Below, piece after piece: positions 8,389 through 18,137 of a stretch of DNA of 42,524 nucleotides (positions within the stretch are counted from its first letter, which is position 1; each line of letters begins with the position of its first letter). Origin of the DNA: a bacterium. Lineage in GTDB: Bacteria; Electryoneota; B3-LCP. The stretch is taken from contig JAHJDJ010000325.1 in NCBI GenBank assembly GCA_018812585.1, positions 1-42,524 of the forward strand, written 5' to 3'. Made by a program: the position numbers and the translations under genes. Below the pieces are notes generated by a model. It saw nothing but the letters and a program-made list of their open reading frames with translations. It did not search any database and was not told the DNA's origin.

Positions 8389-9170
8389 GAGCGTAAAAAG
8401 CCTGTTAACGGTGATGAGGCTTCCGCCAGGTGTCTTTTTGAAGGCTTACCCGCTAAGTACGCCATCCGTCCCGCTTCGACGCCTAACTTGAAGCTGATTG
8501 CCATCTTGACCGGATCGTCGGCGGTGGCGATGGCGGTATTGACCAGCACCGCGTCCGCGCCCATTTCCAGCGATTCGGCGGCGTGCGAGGGGGCTCCCAG
8601 GCCGGCATCGACTACTACAGGCACCGAGGCATTTTCGATGATGATGCCGATGGAATCACGGGTTATAACGCCTTTGTTCGATCCGATGGGACTGCCCAGC
8701 GGCATGACGGTGGCACAGCCGATATCTTCCAGCCTTTTCGCCAGAATCGGATCGGCGTTGATGTAGGGCAACACGATGAAGCCATCCTTGATGAGGATTT
8801 CGGCGGCTTTCAAGGTTTCGACGGGATCGGGCAGCAGGTAGCGGGGATCGGGGGTGACTTCCAGCTTGATCCAGGCTTCCAAACCCGAAGCGCGTGATAA
8901 CTTAGCCAAGCGGACGGCTTCTTCGGCGTCTCGGGCTCCGGAGGTGTTGGGCAGCAGCAGGAAATCGCCGCCTTGCAGCGCGGTCAGCATGTCATCCTGG
9001 GGATTATCCAGGTCGACGCGGCGCAGCGCGACGGTGACGATTTCTGACCCGGAGGCATCTACGGCCTCTCGCATTGCCTTACTCGAGGAGAATTTTCCCG
9101 TGCCAACTAACAGCCGCGACCGGAACTTTCGCCCGGCTATAACTAAGGGATCTTTATTCGAATCAATCAT
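8385..9170 (-). CDS. thiG: Thiazole synthase
   Basis: [44 protein letters not shown]. Confidence 0.97.
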   Translation of the reverse strand: MIDSNKDPLVIAGRKFRSRLLVGTGKFSSSKAMREAVDASGSEIVTVALRRVDLDNPQDDMLTALQGGDFLLLPNTSGARDAEEAVRLAKLSRASGLEAWIKLEVTPDPRYLLPDPVETLKAAEILIKDGFIVLPYINADPILAKRLEDIGCATVMPLGSPIGSNKGVITRDSIGIIIENASVPVVVDAGLGAPSHAAESLEMGADAVLVNTAIATADDPVKMAISFKLGVEAGRMAYLAGKPSKRHLAEASSPLTGFLRS

Positions 9171-9188
9171 AAAGTTATCGGGTTAACT

Positions 9189-9215
9189 GTCGGGGTCAGG
9201 GACGACCCCGACTAC
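9189..9215 (-). repeat. GTAG-type REP-like palindrome in the thiG leader
   Basis: Minus strand reads GTA-GTCGGGGTC-GTCCCT-GACCCCGAC. Confidence 0.7.
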
Positions 9216-9273
9216 TTAGATTCTCTAATTAAATATACGTCCGCTGGCGCATAACGTTGTGACGCTTCAGCAT

Positions 9274-9302
9274 AATATAACGATCCCGATTTGAGAATGC
9301 AA
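9274..9302 (-). promoter_or_regulatory. Putative thiGHSE promoter
   Basis: TTGCAT-17 nt-TATATT. Confidence 0.65.
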
Positions 9303-9429
9303 TATTAAAGGGAGGGAAGAAGCATGTACTGACTGTGTGTGTCAGATTTGACCGTCAGGCTTCCGTGTCCGTCAACGTTGTCGTTTTATTGTGCGGGGGA
9401 AATTGGCGAGGTGACAGATTTATCATCAC

Positions 9430-9478
9430 AAAGTCAAAATGCAAAATTTCCAAGTAAAAAGTCAAAATTGAAAAGTGG
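9430..9478. repeat. Degenerate 7-mer tandem array
   Basis: AAAGTCA AAATGCA AAATTTC CAAGTAA AAAGTCA AAATTGA AAAGTGG. Confidence 0.7.
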
Positions 9479-9512
9479 TTTGGTGCGGGACGAAGGTAGG
9501 GTGCTTGTATGT

Positions 9513-9541
9513 AATATACGTCATTATGTCGCTGAATGCAA
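9513..9541 (-). promoter_or_regulatory. Second putative promoter with identical hexamers
   Basis: TTGCAT-17 nt-TATATT. Confidence 0.55.
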
Positions 9542-9569
9542 GGATTATTTTTGGTTTATGATACGTTCA

Positions 9570-10030
9570 TTGTCGGAACCACAGATGACGCAGATTTCGC
9601 TGATTGCGCTGATTAAGGGTTGTCCGAGGGTGCAAAACCTGCCTGAGGCAGGTAAACCCCCGACGAACAACATGGATTTCCGATTTAATGACTGATCCGG
9701 CGAATCTTATATTACGGCTGGGCGGGGGCACCGTGTTAAAGGTGAAGGCATGGGTGCCGGGTTTTAGGGGCGCAGCATTTTTATGCCTATGGTGCTGCGC
9801 CCTTAAAACGAATCCCGACATGGGCGAGGCATGCCTCGCCCCTACATCGCATGGGTAACCATTTGACGCTCGCCAAAGGGCGCGAAGATTGCCACACTGC
9901 ATCCCGTCTGGACGGGATTTCGTTCGCAATGACCGTGCTCTATCAGCTTTCGTCGGATTCCGCCAAGGCGTCCCTTCGGGAGGAGAATCCGACCTACAAC
10001 ACCGTCGTCGAGTACAGGGACTCGACGGCA
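9570..10030. repeat. Cluster of diverse palindromic/REP-like elements
   Basis: 9-mer array 9570-9615; hairpins at ~9620-9670, 9761-9809, 9822-9845 (GTAGGGGCGAGGCATGCCTCGCCC on minus), 9878-9937, 9951-9997 and ~10003-10028. Confidence 0.85.
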
Positions 10031-10128
10031 AGATGAACAAACCAGCCAAGCCACCGACAAAGCCGGATTGAGGATACCATAGGCACAGGAAGGGATGATC
10101 AGACGCCTGCGGCTCTGGTACAAACAAA

Positions 10129-10156
10129 AAGCTAAGAGCTAACTGCTAACAGCTAA
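10129..10156. repeat. 7-mer tandem array overlapping the LD-carboxypeptidase stop
   Basis: AAGCTAA GAGCTAA CTGCTAA CAGCTAA. Confidence 0.75.
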
Positions 10157-11076
10157 ATGCTATAGAGTTCTTCCAGCAGATCCAGGCCGTTTTCAGAGAG
10201 TTCGGCTTCTACACCGATGGGTAAGGTGACGCGATCAATGTGGTGTCCGTAGGGGAAGCCGATGCCGATAGGGATGGGGTGATCGGAGGTTAATTCTAAG
10301 AGAATGTCATCCAGTTTCAGGTGCTGGCCGCGGTTGGTTTCGGGCCAACAATCGACCATGCTGCCGACGACCAAACCTGAGATTTTCTGCAGTATCCCAG
10401 CATTTTTCAGATGCGTCAGCGTGCGGTCGATGCGGTACGGTTTTTCGGCGACGTCTTCGATGACGAGGATCGCGCCGGTGAGATCGGGCATAAAAGGGGT
10501 GCCTAAGAGAGTCACTATCATGCTTAAGCAGCCGGGAAACAACCTGCCGCGGGCGGAACCGGGGCGCAGCATTCTGAAGTTGTCTGACTTTATGGTTGCT
10601 GCGGATGATTCCAGGCCCAACGCAGCGCGGAAAGAGCGCAGGGAATCGGGGGGCAAGCCATCGCCTATTTCTCCGACCGTGGGGCCGCTTAAGGTGATCA
10701 GCCCAGTCTTAGCGAAAATCGCCCAATTCAGGGCGGTGACGTCGCTGAAACCGACGAACGGTTTGGGATTGCTGCCGATGGTATCGAAGGGGATCATTGA
10801 CAGGAGACGGCCAGCGCCATAACCACCGCGTGAACAGAAGACGGCGTCGACGGATTTATCTTCAAAGGCGGAGATCAGGTCGCTCAGGCGCTGTTGGTCG
10901 TTGGCTGCGAGATAGGCCGTTTTCCCGGAAGCGTGTTCGCCTAAAACCGGATTAAATCCCCACTCTTCTAATTGCCGCAGACCCTTCTTCAGGCGCTGGG
11001 GATCAATAGGACCGGCGGGTGAGATGACGGCGATTTTTGCGTCAGGCGAGAGCGCTGGAGGTTTGATGATCCTCAT
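10153..11076 (-). CDS. ldcA: LD-carboxypeptidase, peptidase S66 family
   Basis: IAVISPAG, CSRGGYG, FVGFSDVT (Ser), IEDVAE (Glu), PYGH (His). Confidence 0.92.
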   Translation of the reverse strand: MRIIKPPALSPDAKIAVISPAGPIDPQRLKKGLRQLEEWGFNPVLGEHASGKTAYLAANDQQRLSDLISAFEDKSVDAVFCSRGGYGAGRLLSMIPFDTIGSNPKPFVGFSDVTALNWAIFAKTGLITLSGPTVGEIGDGLPPDSLRSFRAALGLESSAATIKSDNFRMLRPGSARGRLFPGCLSMIVTLLGTPFMPDLTGAILVIEDVAEKPYRIDRTLTHLKNAGILQKISGLVVGSMVDCWPETNRGQHLKLDDILLELTSDHPIPIGIGFPYGHHIDRVTLPIGVEAELSENGLDLLEELYSI

Positions 11077-12302
11077 TAATAATCCGACCAGATGGGTCCG
11101 ACCAGGCGATACTCACCGAAGCCTTCTTTGTCCTGGAAGACGAATTGCCGGTCGATGTCGTAGTAGTACCATATTTCGTACGGTTTAGTGTGCGTATCGA
11201 AGGGGTGGCGCTCGATGTCGTTGGGATTACCGAAAATAACAAAAACACGCCCCATGTCGGTTTGCCAGCCGTCGTTGTAACCGGAGAAATTCTCATTGGC
11301 GATGCTGATGCGCAGGTAGTACTCTTCCATTTTTTCATTTAACCCTGTGTCCGGCGTCGGATCTCTTCTTTCCCAGAACTCACGGAACAGCGCTTCCCGA
11401 CGATAAGGCGGCGCGTCCATCAGCTTCTTGTACTCATCATCGGAAGCGATATATTTCAACTGGTTGATGGCCAGATCGAGGTTACCGATATAGCTGGGCA
11501 AATTACGTTGGAGGAGCGTGAAAGTATATCCTCGCAACAGTGTTTTGTCAGCCCGCCTGGACCCTAAAATAAAGCGGTAGTTTCCCTGCTGGATATCGCT
11601 GGTGGCGACGGTAATTGTATCAGAGAAGAAAGGCCCTGAACCAGACAAGGGGATCTCTTCATGCTTGACGACCTGTTCCATTTCATCTTCGATTCTAAAG
11701 AACAGCGTGATGCCTTCCTGTTTTTCGCTGTAGAGTTTGTAAGCGACGCGCAGGGGCGGACCTTTGAGGATGCCGGAATTCAGTTGGGGCGTCCCGGTGG
11801 AATCCAGCATCAGAACTTCGCCAAGTTTATAGTCTGAGGCCCATCCATCTTCTGAGAAAGTCAGTTTCTTTTCGATGACGCGGCTCTGCCTGCTCTCATG
11901 ATCCATCAGATCGATACGCAGCTCATAGGTGCGGGGAGCCATTCTGAAAACTACACAGGTTTGATCATACTTTACACGAGAGTTGGTTTGCTGGTAAGAG
12001 TCTGCAGTGATCTTGCGCTCCAGATGCTGAATCCCGCTGAGATTTTCATCCTTATCCCGCAGGACTACATCCAGACTGTACTTTGCGGTAAAGGATTCAT
12101 TCTTTTTGATGAATTGCAGGTCATCGTAAACGATGCGCACGTGGACCTGCACTTCAATGGTATCAGGGTATTCTGTGGGCAGGCGCACCGGCAGTGCGCT
12201 GAATTCTGGCAATCCGAGGAATTGATCAGAGTAAAATTCCGATTGTGCCGCGGCTGTCAACGCCACAGCGAAAAGAGTAAAGATCAATGCCAGTTTCTTC
12301 AT
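11076..12302 (-). CDS. GWxTD domain-containing secreted protein
   Basis: Signal peptide; FWERRDPTP, GWQTDMGRVFVIFG, YEIWYY. Confidence 0.92.
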   Translation of the reverse strand: MKKLALIFTLFAVALTAAAQSEFYSDQFLGLPEFSALPVRLPTEYPDTIEVQVHVRIVYDDLQFIKKNESFTAKYSLDVVLRDKDENLSGIQHLERKITADSYQQTNSRVKYDQTCVVFRMAPRTYELRIDLMDHESRQSRVIEKKLTFSEDGWASDYKLGEVLMLDSTGTPQLNSGILKGPPLRVAYKLYSEKQEGITLFFRIEDEMEQVVKHEEIPLSGSGPFFSDTITVATSDIQQGNYRFILGSRRADKTLLRGYTFTLLQRNLPSYIGNLDLAINQLKYIASDDEYKKLMDAPPYRREALFREFWERRDPTPDTGLNEKMEEYYLRISIANENFSGYNDGWQTDMGRVFVIFGNPNDIERHPFDTHTKPYEIWYYYDIDRQFVFQDKEGFGEYRLVGPIWSDY

Positions 12303-12338
12303 GGAAAACCTCTTACTGTTCGATCCATATTCAGGCGG

Positions 12339-13640
12339 TTACGCGTCTACGATCTCTGCGAACAGGTCGTACTCTGTGGCCGAAGTAAAGCGCACTTTAA
12401 GCTTGCTTCCGGCTTGCAGTTCGCCCTGGATTAAGATTTCTCCATCGAGATCGGGCAATTCCAGGCGGCTGTGAGCGATACTGTAGCCGGTTTCTTTTTC
12501 GTAGAAATCTACGAATACCTCTGCGACCTGTCCGACACGCGCCAGACAGCGCTCTTCGGAAATGTCAGCCTGTAGTTCCATTAACCGCGTTTGCCGTTCA
12601 GCTTTCACTTCGTCCGGAATCTGATCCGGGAGCAGAGCTGCCGGGGTTCCGTCTTCCGGTGAATACTGAAAAGAGCCCAACCGTGCGATTTCCATCGCGG
12701 CGACGAAACTTAACAACTCTTCGAAATCAGCGTCCGTTTCACCCGGAAAGCCAACGATCATCGAAGTCCTGATGACCACGCCTGGAATCAAGGATCGGGC
12801 GGTTTCGAGGAGTTGTCGTAACTGTTTCTGACTACCTCCCCGCCCCATAGCTCGTAACATGCGATCCGAGGCATGTTCGATGGGAAGATCCAGGTAGGGA
12901 CACAATTTCGGCTGCGAGGCCCAGAAGATGAGCAGCTCTTCGTCGCAGGCCGGGGGATGCAGGTAAAGCGGCCTGATCCATTCGATGCCGTCGATCTGAC
13001 CCAGTCTGCCCAACAGGTCGATCAACGGCTTATTCTTATGACCCGCGTTCAGATCGTGTCCGTAACTGTTTAACTCCTGAGCCACCGGCAGCAGTTCCTT
13101 GACTCCATTTGCCGCCAGAAGTTGTGCTTCCCAGATGATATTTTCAGGCGGGCGGCTGTGATATTTCCCGCGGATCTGGGGAATCACACAGTAGGTACAC
13201 CCGCGATTGCAGCCATCGGCGATACGCAGGTAAGCGTAGTGGCCGGGTGTTCCGATTATGCGGTGCAGCAGTGGATCGGCTGCTGCAGTTGTTTCAGGTT
13301 TCAACTGGTTTTGCAGATCACTCCATTCCTGCACCCCATAAAAGCCATCTACTGCGGGAAGCTCAGCCTGCAACTCTTCTTTAAACCTCTGTGGGAAGCA
13401 GCCGCAGACGTAAAGCCGCTGGCAGCGCGCAGTTTCCTTCAACTGACCGGCTGCGAGGATGGCGTCGATGGCTTCATCTTTGGCAGCATCTATGAAGGCG
13501 CAGGTGTTGATGACAATGATTTCCGCTTCTTCTGCGGCGTCAATCAGCTCGATGCCTTGCAATGCTGCCCAACCGGCAAATGCTTCTCCGTCAACCTGAT
13601 TTTTAGAACAGCCTAAATTGTGCAAGTATAGGGTCGTCAC
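12339..13640 (-). CDS. rimO: Ribosomal protein S12 methylthiotransferase
   Basis: LGCSKNQVD, NTCAFI, AYLRIADGCNRGCTYCVIP, PDLDG, C-terminal TRAM domain ending EYDL. Confidence 0.95.
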   Translation of the reverse strand: MTTLYLHNLGCSKNQVDGEAFAGWAALQGIELIDAAEEAEIIVINTCAFIDAAKDEAIDAILAAGQLKETARCQRLYVCGCFPQRFKEELQAELPAVDGFYGVQEWSDLQNQLKPETTAAADPLLHRIIGTPGHYAYLRIADGCNRGCTYCVIPQIRGKYHSRPPENIIWEAQLLAANGVKELLPVAQELNSYGHDLNAGHKNKPLIDLLGRLGQIDGIEWIRPLYLHPPACDEELLIFWASQPKLCPYLDLPIEHASDRMLRAMGRGGSQKQLRQLLETARSLIPGVVIRTSMIVGFPGETDADFEELLSFVAAMEIARLGSFQYSPEDGTPAALLPDQIPDEVKAERQTRLMELQADISEERCLARVGQVAEVFVDFYEKETGYSIAHSRLELPDLDGEILIQGELQAGSKLKVRFTSATEYDLFAEIVDA

Positions 13641-14572
13641 TCGCTATCCTCATCAGAGGCTAACAAGGCTCTCGCGAAAGCGCTGGGATCGAAGGGTTCC
13701 AGATCCTCCATCTTTTCGCCGATGCCGATAAAGCGCAGAGGAATGCCTAATTCGCGGCAGATGGGGATGACGGCTCCGCCTTTGGCCGTGCCGTCCAGCT
13801 TGGTGATGACCAGACCGGTCACGCCGCTGGTTTCCTGGAAAATTTTCGCTTGTTGTAGGGCATTCTGCCCCGTCGTGCCATCCAGAACCAGGAAAACCTC
13901 ATGCGGCGCTTCGGGGTCCTGCTTCTTCATGGCGCGGTATATTTTCTCCAGTTCGTGCATGAGGTTTGCTTTGTTGTGCAAACGCCCTGCGGTGTCTACG
14001 ATCAGGATATCGAAACCGCGGGCTTTGGCGGATTGCAGAGCGTCAAAGGCGACGGCCGCCGGATCTGCACCGTGACCCTGCTGAATGACCTGAACTCCCA
14101 GTCTATCGCCCCATTCCACTATTTGTTCCGTCGCGGCGGCGCGGAAGGTATCTGCGGCGGCTAACAGCACTTTTTTATTCTGCTTCAAAAAGTGATACGT
14201 CAGTTTCGCAATCGTGGTGGTTTTGCCACTGCCATTGACTCCTACGATCAATATGACAGACGGCGTATGTCCCAGATTCAGCGGTTTCTCTTCTGCCGCT
14301 GGCCGCATGACCTCATCAATCGTATCAGTAAGCAGGTCGTAGATGATTTCCGGATCACCGTTGGTTGAGACTTTGCGAACTTTCTCGCGCAAGGTCTCCA
14401 AGATAGCTAACGTGGAATCGATGCCGACATCTGCGGTGATCAGGGTTTCTTCCAGTTCATCGTAAAGCTCCTCACTGATTTTCGAGTGGGAGCTGATAAT
14501 CGATCTGATCTGTCCGCCAAGTTTTGCGCGGGTCTTGGTTAAGCCGTTCTTAAGTTTGCTGAATAGTCCCAT
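13637..14572 (-). CDS. ftsY: SRP receptor FtsY
   Basis: GVNGSGKTT, DTFRAAA, DTAGR, TKLDGTAKGG. Confidence 0.97.
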   Translation of the reverse strand: MGLFSKLKNGLTKTRAKLGGQIRSIISSHSKISEELYDELEETLITADVGIDSTLAILETLREKVRKVSTNGDPEIIYDLLTDTIDEVMRPAAEEKPLNLGHTPSVILIVGVNGSGKTTTIAKLTYHFLKQNKKVLLAAADTFRAAATEQIVEWGDRLGVQVIQQGHGADPAAVAFDALQSAKARGFDILIVDTAGRLHNKANLMHELEKIYRAMKKQDPEAPHEVFLVLDGTTGQNALQQAKIFQETSGVTGLVITKLDGTAKGGAVIPICRELGIPLRFIGIGEKMEDLEPFDPSAFARALLASDEDSE

Positions 14573-14612
14573 AGTGGTGTCTTTGAAAGATCCTCATCTA
14601 TTGTCGAAGGTT

Positions 14613-15287
14613 TTATTTCCAGGCCTTCACTGCCCAATGCTGGTAGAAGACGTTGTCCAGTTTCTGCAATCTTGGATCGCTGCCGAAAACGGGGTCTTTG
14701 TCATCGTAAGGGCGGGTGACTTTGTCTATTTCAACTCGATTGAAATTTAGCAGCATCTGGCGTAGTTCTTCCTCAGTGTAGAAATGGTGGGGCACACCGG
14801 CTTCAATCCCTTGACGCGGCACGAAGGTATGGGGTTCGATCTGGTCACCTTCTCCATAGCGGGCGTCTTCCCTGCCGATGATTTTGAAGAAAAACGCGCC
14901 ATCCGGTTTCAGCATACGGAAGCTGTCATCGAAAGCCTGTTGGGCTTCTGCGACTTTGGCGTGATTGATGACGTTCATGGCCAAGACGCCGTCGAAGAGG
15001 TTTTCTCTGAAGGGTCCCCAAGCCATGTCTGCCAAGAAAAGATCCGCTGCCAAGTTTTCCTGCATCAGCCAGGTGCGGGAGGAGTGTAGTCCAACCCGCG
15101 CGACATCGCTGCCGATCACACGCAAGCCAGCTTTCGTCAGCGACAACAGATGCCGGCCGGCGCCGCAGCCTAAATCGTAAACGAAAGCGCCCTGTGGCAG
15201 GGCGTCGATGAAGCTTGAGGCTAAGGGATCCGGCTTTTTGATAATCTTCGTCGGATCACGAAACAGTTGATTCCAATCTGGCGACAT
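14613..15287 (-). CDS. Class I SAM-dependent methyltransferase
   Basis: VYDLGCGAGRH motif I. Confidence 0.88.
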   Translation of the reverse strand: MSPDWNQLFRDPTKIIKKPDPLASSFIDALPQGAFVYDLGCGAGRHLLSLTKAGLRVIGSDVARVGLHSSRTWLMQENLAADLFLADMAWGPFRENLFDGVLAMNVINHAKVAEAQQAFDDSFRMLKPDGAFFFKIIGREDARYGEGDQIEPHTFVPRQGIEAGVPHHFYTEEELRQMLLNFNRVEIDKVTRPYDDKDPVFGSDPRLQKLDNVFYQHWAVKAWK

Positions 15288-15296
15288 AAAGCTGTT

Positions 15297-16184
15297 TCAG
15301 TCTTTTTTATCGTCGGTATTGCGGGGCGGCCCCCATTTCAGCTTTTCACGGAGCACATCATAGAAGTATTTATCTTCGAATAGAACCAGTTTCACCGAGT
15401 AGTCGGCCATGGAAATGAAGACTCTATCTCCCTGGGTCAGTAAGCGGCCATATTCACCATCGGCGACCAAGGTCAGGCTGTCATTGTGTCCGACGATTAA
15501 GGCTTCGACGGTTTTATCGGCGCCGATCACAACCGGCCGGTCGGCTAAGGTATGCGGTGATATAGGGCTGATGATGATGGTATGCAGGCCGGGTTCAACG
15601 ATGGGTCCGCCGGCTGAGAGCGAATAGGCGGTTGACCCGGTTGGGGTGGCGATCACCAGGCCGTCGCCGGTGTAGGTGTTGAGGTATCGTTCGTCGATGG
15701 TCGTTCGTATGCTGACGACGCGCGGGTATGATCCTTTGGCGATGACGATATCATTCAGGGCAAAGAACTCGTCGTCAGATCCTTCCACCCAGCATTTCAG
15801 CACCATGCGGTCTTCTATGCGAAAACAGCCACCCAGAAGTTTCTGCATGCGGGGATGGAGATCTTCTAAGGAAATTTCTGCCAGGTAGCCTAAACCACCC
15901 AGATTGACGCCCAAGATGGGGATCTGGGAGCGGCCGACTTTGCGCGCGGTGGCGAGCATGGTGCCGTCGCCGCCGAACGATAGAATCATATCGCTCGCCT
16001 GGACTAACTCGTCCGCTGGCAAGAAGGTGGTTTCAGGACTTTTGAGGTGGTCTTTCAGATCATCGCACACCAGGACGGTCGGTCCCTGACTTTCGATCCA
16101 CTTTAGAAAATCCGGGAGAACCTCCCACACCCTGGGCATCTTTGTATTGGCGATGATGCCGAACGTCTTGGGGTTTGACGGCAT
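15297..16184 (-). CDS. nadK: NAD(+) kinase
   Basis: GGDGT, GVNLGGLGYL, ALND, GDGLVIATPTGSTAYSLSAGG. Confidence 0.96.
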   Translation of the reverse strand: MPSNPKTFGIIANTKMPRVWEVLPDFLKWIESQGPTVLVCDDLKDHLKSPETTFLPADELVQASDMILSFGGDGTMLATARKVGRSQIPILGVNLGGLGYLAEISLEDLHPRMQKLLGGCFRIEDRMVLKCWVEGSDDEFFALNDIVIAKGSYPRVVSIRTTIDERYLNTYTGDGLVIATPTGSTAYSLSAGGPIVEPGLHTIIISPISPHTLADRPVVIGADKTVEALIVGHNDSLTLVADGEYGRLLTQGDRVFISMADYSVKLVLFEDKYFYDVLREKLKWGPPRNTDDKKD

Positions 16185-18135
16185 CTTTCAACTTCAGTTT
16201 GCGGGTATCAGAGTTACTTTGGGCAGCGAAGAAGTTACGCGCCTGGAGCACGATTCCTTCGACATCCAGCCCAACTTTTTGCAACAGCTTGGATCGTTTT
16301 CCCTGTTCAATAAAACAGTCTGGCAGGCCCAGGCATTTCACCTTTGGGATTTCGCCGTCCATCTGTGAATAATTCTCCAGCACCGAAGAGCCGAAACCGC
16401 CGACTACCGTTCCCTCTTCGATGGTCATTATCTTACCGAAACGTTCGCTCAGATCTGCCAGCAGGCCGGTATCTAACGGTTTTAGACTGCGCATGTTGAC
16501 CACTGTCAGCGAAATTCCCGATTCCTCCAACAGTTGCGCGGCAGCCATAGCTTCCCAGAAGACGGGGCCTAATGTCAAAATAGCGCCGTCACTGCCGGTG
16601 CGGGCGACTTCGCCTTTTCCCGGTTCAAGGGTTTTGAATTCTTCGTCCATATGCACACCGACACCTGTGCCGCGCGGATAACGGATGACTATCGGTCCCT
16701 GACGCCACTGAACGGCAGTATGCAGCATGTGCTGCAATTCATTTTCATCGCTGGGGACAAAAATGGTGATACCGGGAACGTTACGTAGATAGGCCAGATC
16801 GAAACAGCCGTGATGCGTGGGGCCGTCGTCGCCGACCAGACCTGCCCGATCAACGGCAAAGATAATGGGCAGTTTCTGCAATGCGGCGTCATGGATGATC
16901 TGGTCATAGCCGCGTTGCAGAAAGGTTGAATAAATGGCGACTACCGGACGATACCCCTGTGCGGCCAGACCGGCTGCAAATGTCACCGCGTGGCCTTCAG
17001 CGATACCAACGTCAAAGAAGCGCTGCGGGTATTTAGCGGCGAACTCCGTCAAGCCAACACCGTCTGTCATAGCGGCTGTGATGGTTACCAGCGATTTGTG
17101 CTTTTCAGCCAGTTTAACGGCGGTTTTACCGAAAACAGACGTATAGGAAGGATGAGCCGAGGTCCCGTTCGTCTTACCGGAGTGCTTGTCGAAAGAGCCG
17201 ATGCCGTGAAACTGCGTGGCATTCTGCTCCGCGGGCTGATAGCCTTTGCCTTTCTGGGACAGGATGTGAACCAGAATGGGGCCTTTCAGTCCTTTGACTT
17301 TATTGAAGATATTGATCAGGTCTTCGGTGTTATGGCCATCCAGCGGTCCAATATAGCGGAAGCCTAATTGTTCGAAGAACATTCCCGGCGCGAGCATCGC
17401 TTTGATGGAATTCTCCAGACGTCCCCAGGAGCGGGTGATGCGTTCGCCCTGCGGCAATTTACCGGCAAAATCCATTAATTGTGCTTTCAGCCGGTTCATT
17501 CGGGGGTCGGTGATGAAGTAAGCCAGATATTTTGAAAGCGCCCCGACATTCGGCGAGATCGACATTTTATTATCGTTCAAGACGACGATAAAGCTGCGCT
17601 TTGAAGCGCCGGCGTTGTTGAGACCTTCAAAGGCTAAGCCGCCGGACATGGAGCCGTCACCGATGACCGAAATGACGTGATAGTCGTCAGCCGCGAGGTC
17701 CCGGGCGCAAACCATACCGTATCCTGCAGATATCGAGGTGGAGGCGTGGCCGGTACCGAAGGCATCGTGGGGACTTTCGGAGCGGTTGGGGAATCCAGAG
17801 ATCCCTCCCATCTGGCGATTCTGGGGGAATTGATCGCGGCGGCCGGTTATGATTTTATGAGCGTAAGCCTGGTGTCCGACGTCCCAGATAAATTTGTCGA
17901 CGGGGCTGTTGAAAACATGGTGCAGCGCCAGAGTCAGTTCCACTACGCCCAGGCTGGGCGCCAGGTGTCCACCGGTAACGCTGACGTTGTTGATGATGTA
18001 GTCGCGGATTTCCTGCGCCAGTTCGTTCAGTTCTGCAACATCCAGTTTTTTCAGATCCGCGGGGGAATTTATTTTACTTAAATGGTCTGCCAAAACAGCC
18101 TCAGGGTTTCCGGTAGATACGCTGACTTTCAGCAA
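16060..18135 (-). CDS. dxs: 1-deoxy-D-xylulose-5-phosphate synthase
   Basis: GGHLAPSLG, WDVGHQAY, GDGS...NDN, DVGIAEGHAV, DRAGLVGDDGPTH. Confidence 0.97.
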   Translation of the reverse strand: MLKVSVSTGNPEAVLADHLSKINSPADLKKLDVAELNELAQEIRDYIINNVSVTGGHLAPSLGVVELTLALHHVFNSPVDKFIWDVGHQAYAHKIITGRRDQFPQNRQMGGISGFPNRSESPHDAFGTGHASTSISAGYGMVCARDLAADDYHVISVIGDGSMSGGLAFEGLNNAGASKRSFIVVLNDNKMSISPNVGALSKYLAYFITDPRMNRLKAQLMDFAGKLPQGERITRSWGRLENSIKAMLAPGMFFEQLGFRYIGPLDGHNTEDLINIFNKVKGLKGPILVHILSQKGKGYQPAEQNATQFHGIGSFDKHSGKTNGTSAHPSYTSVFGKTAVKLAEKHKSLVTITAAMTDGVGLTEFAAKYPQRFFDVGIAEGHAVTFAAGLAAQGYRPVVAIYSTFLQRGYDQIIHDAALQKLPIIFAVDRAGLVGDDGPTHHGCFDLAYLRNVPGITIFVPSDENELQHMLHTAVQWRQGPIVIRYPRGTGVGVHMDEEFKTLEPGKGEVARTGSDGAILTLGPVFWEAMAAAQLLEESGISLTVVNMRSLKPLDTGLLADLSERFGKIMTIEEGTVVGGFGSSVLENYSQMDGEIPKVKCLGLPDCFIEQGKRSKLLQKVGLDVEGIVLQARNFFAAQSNSDTRKLKLKDAVKPQDVRHHRQYKDAQGVGGSPGFSKVDRKSGTDRPGVR

Positions 18136-18137
18136 TA

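Noticed and set aside
9339-10127. ORFs of 60-186 aa in the thiG-ldcA gap
   Set aside because: They overlap each other, run through palindromic repeats, and show no recognisable domain or RBS.
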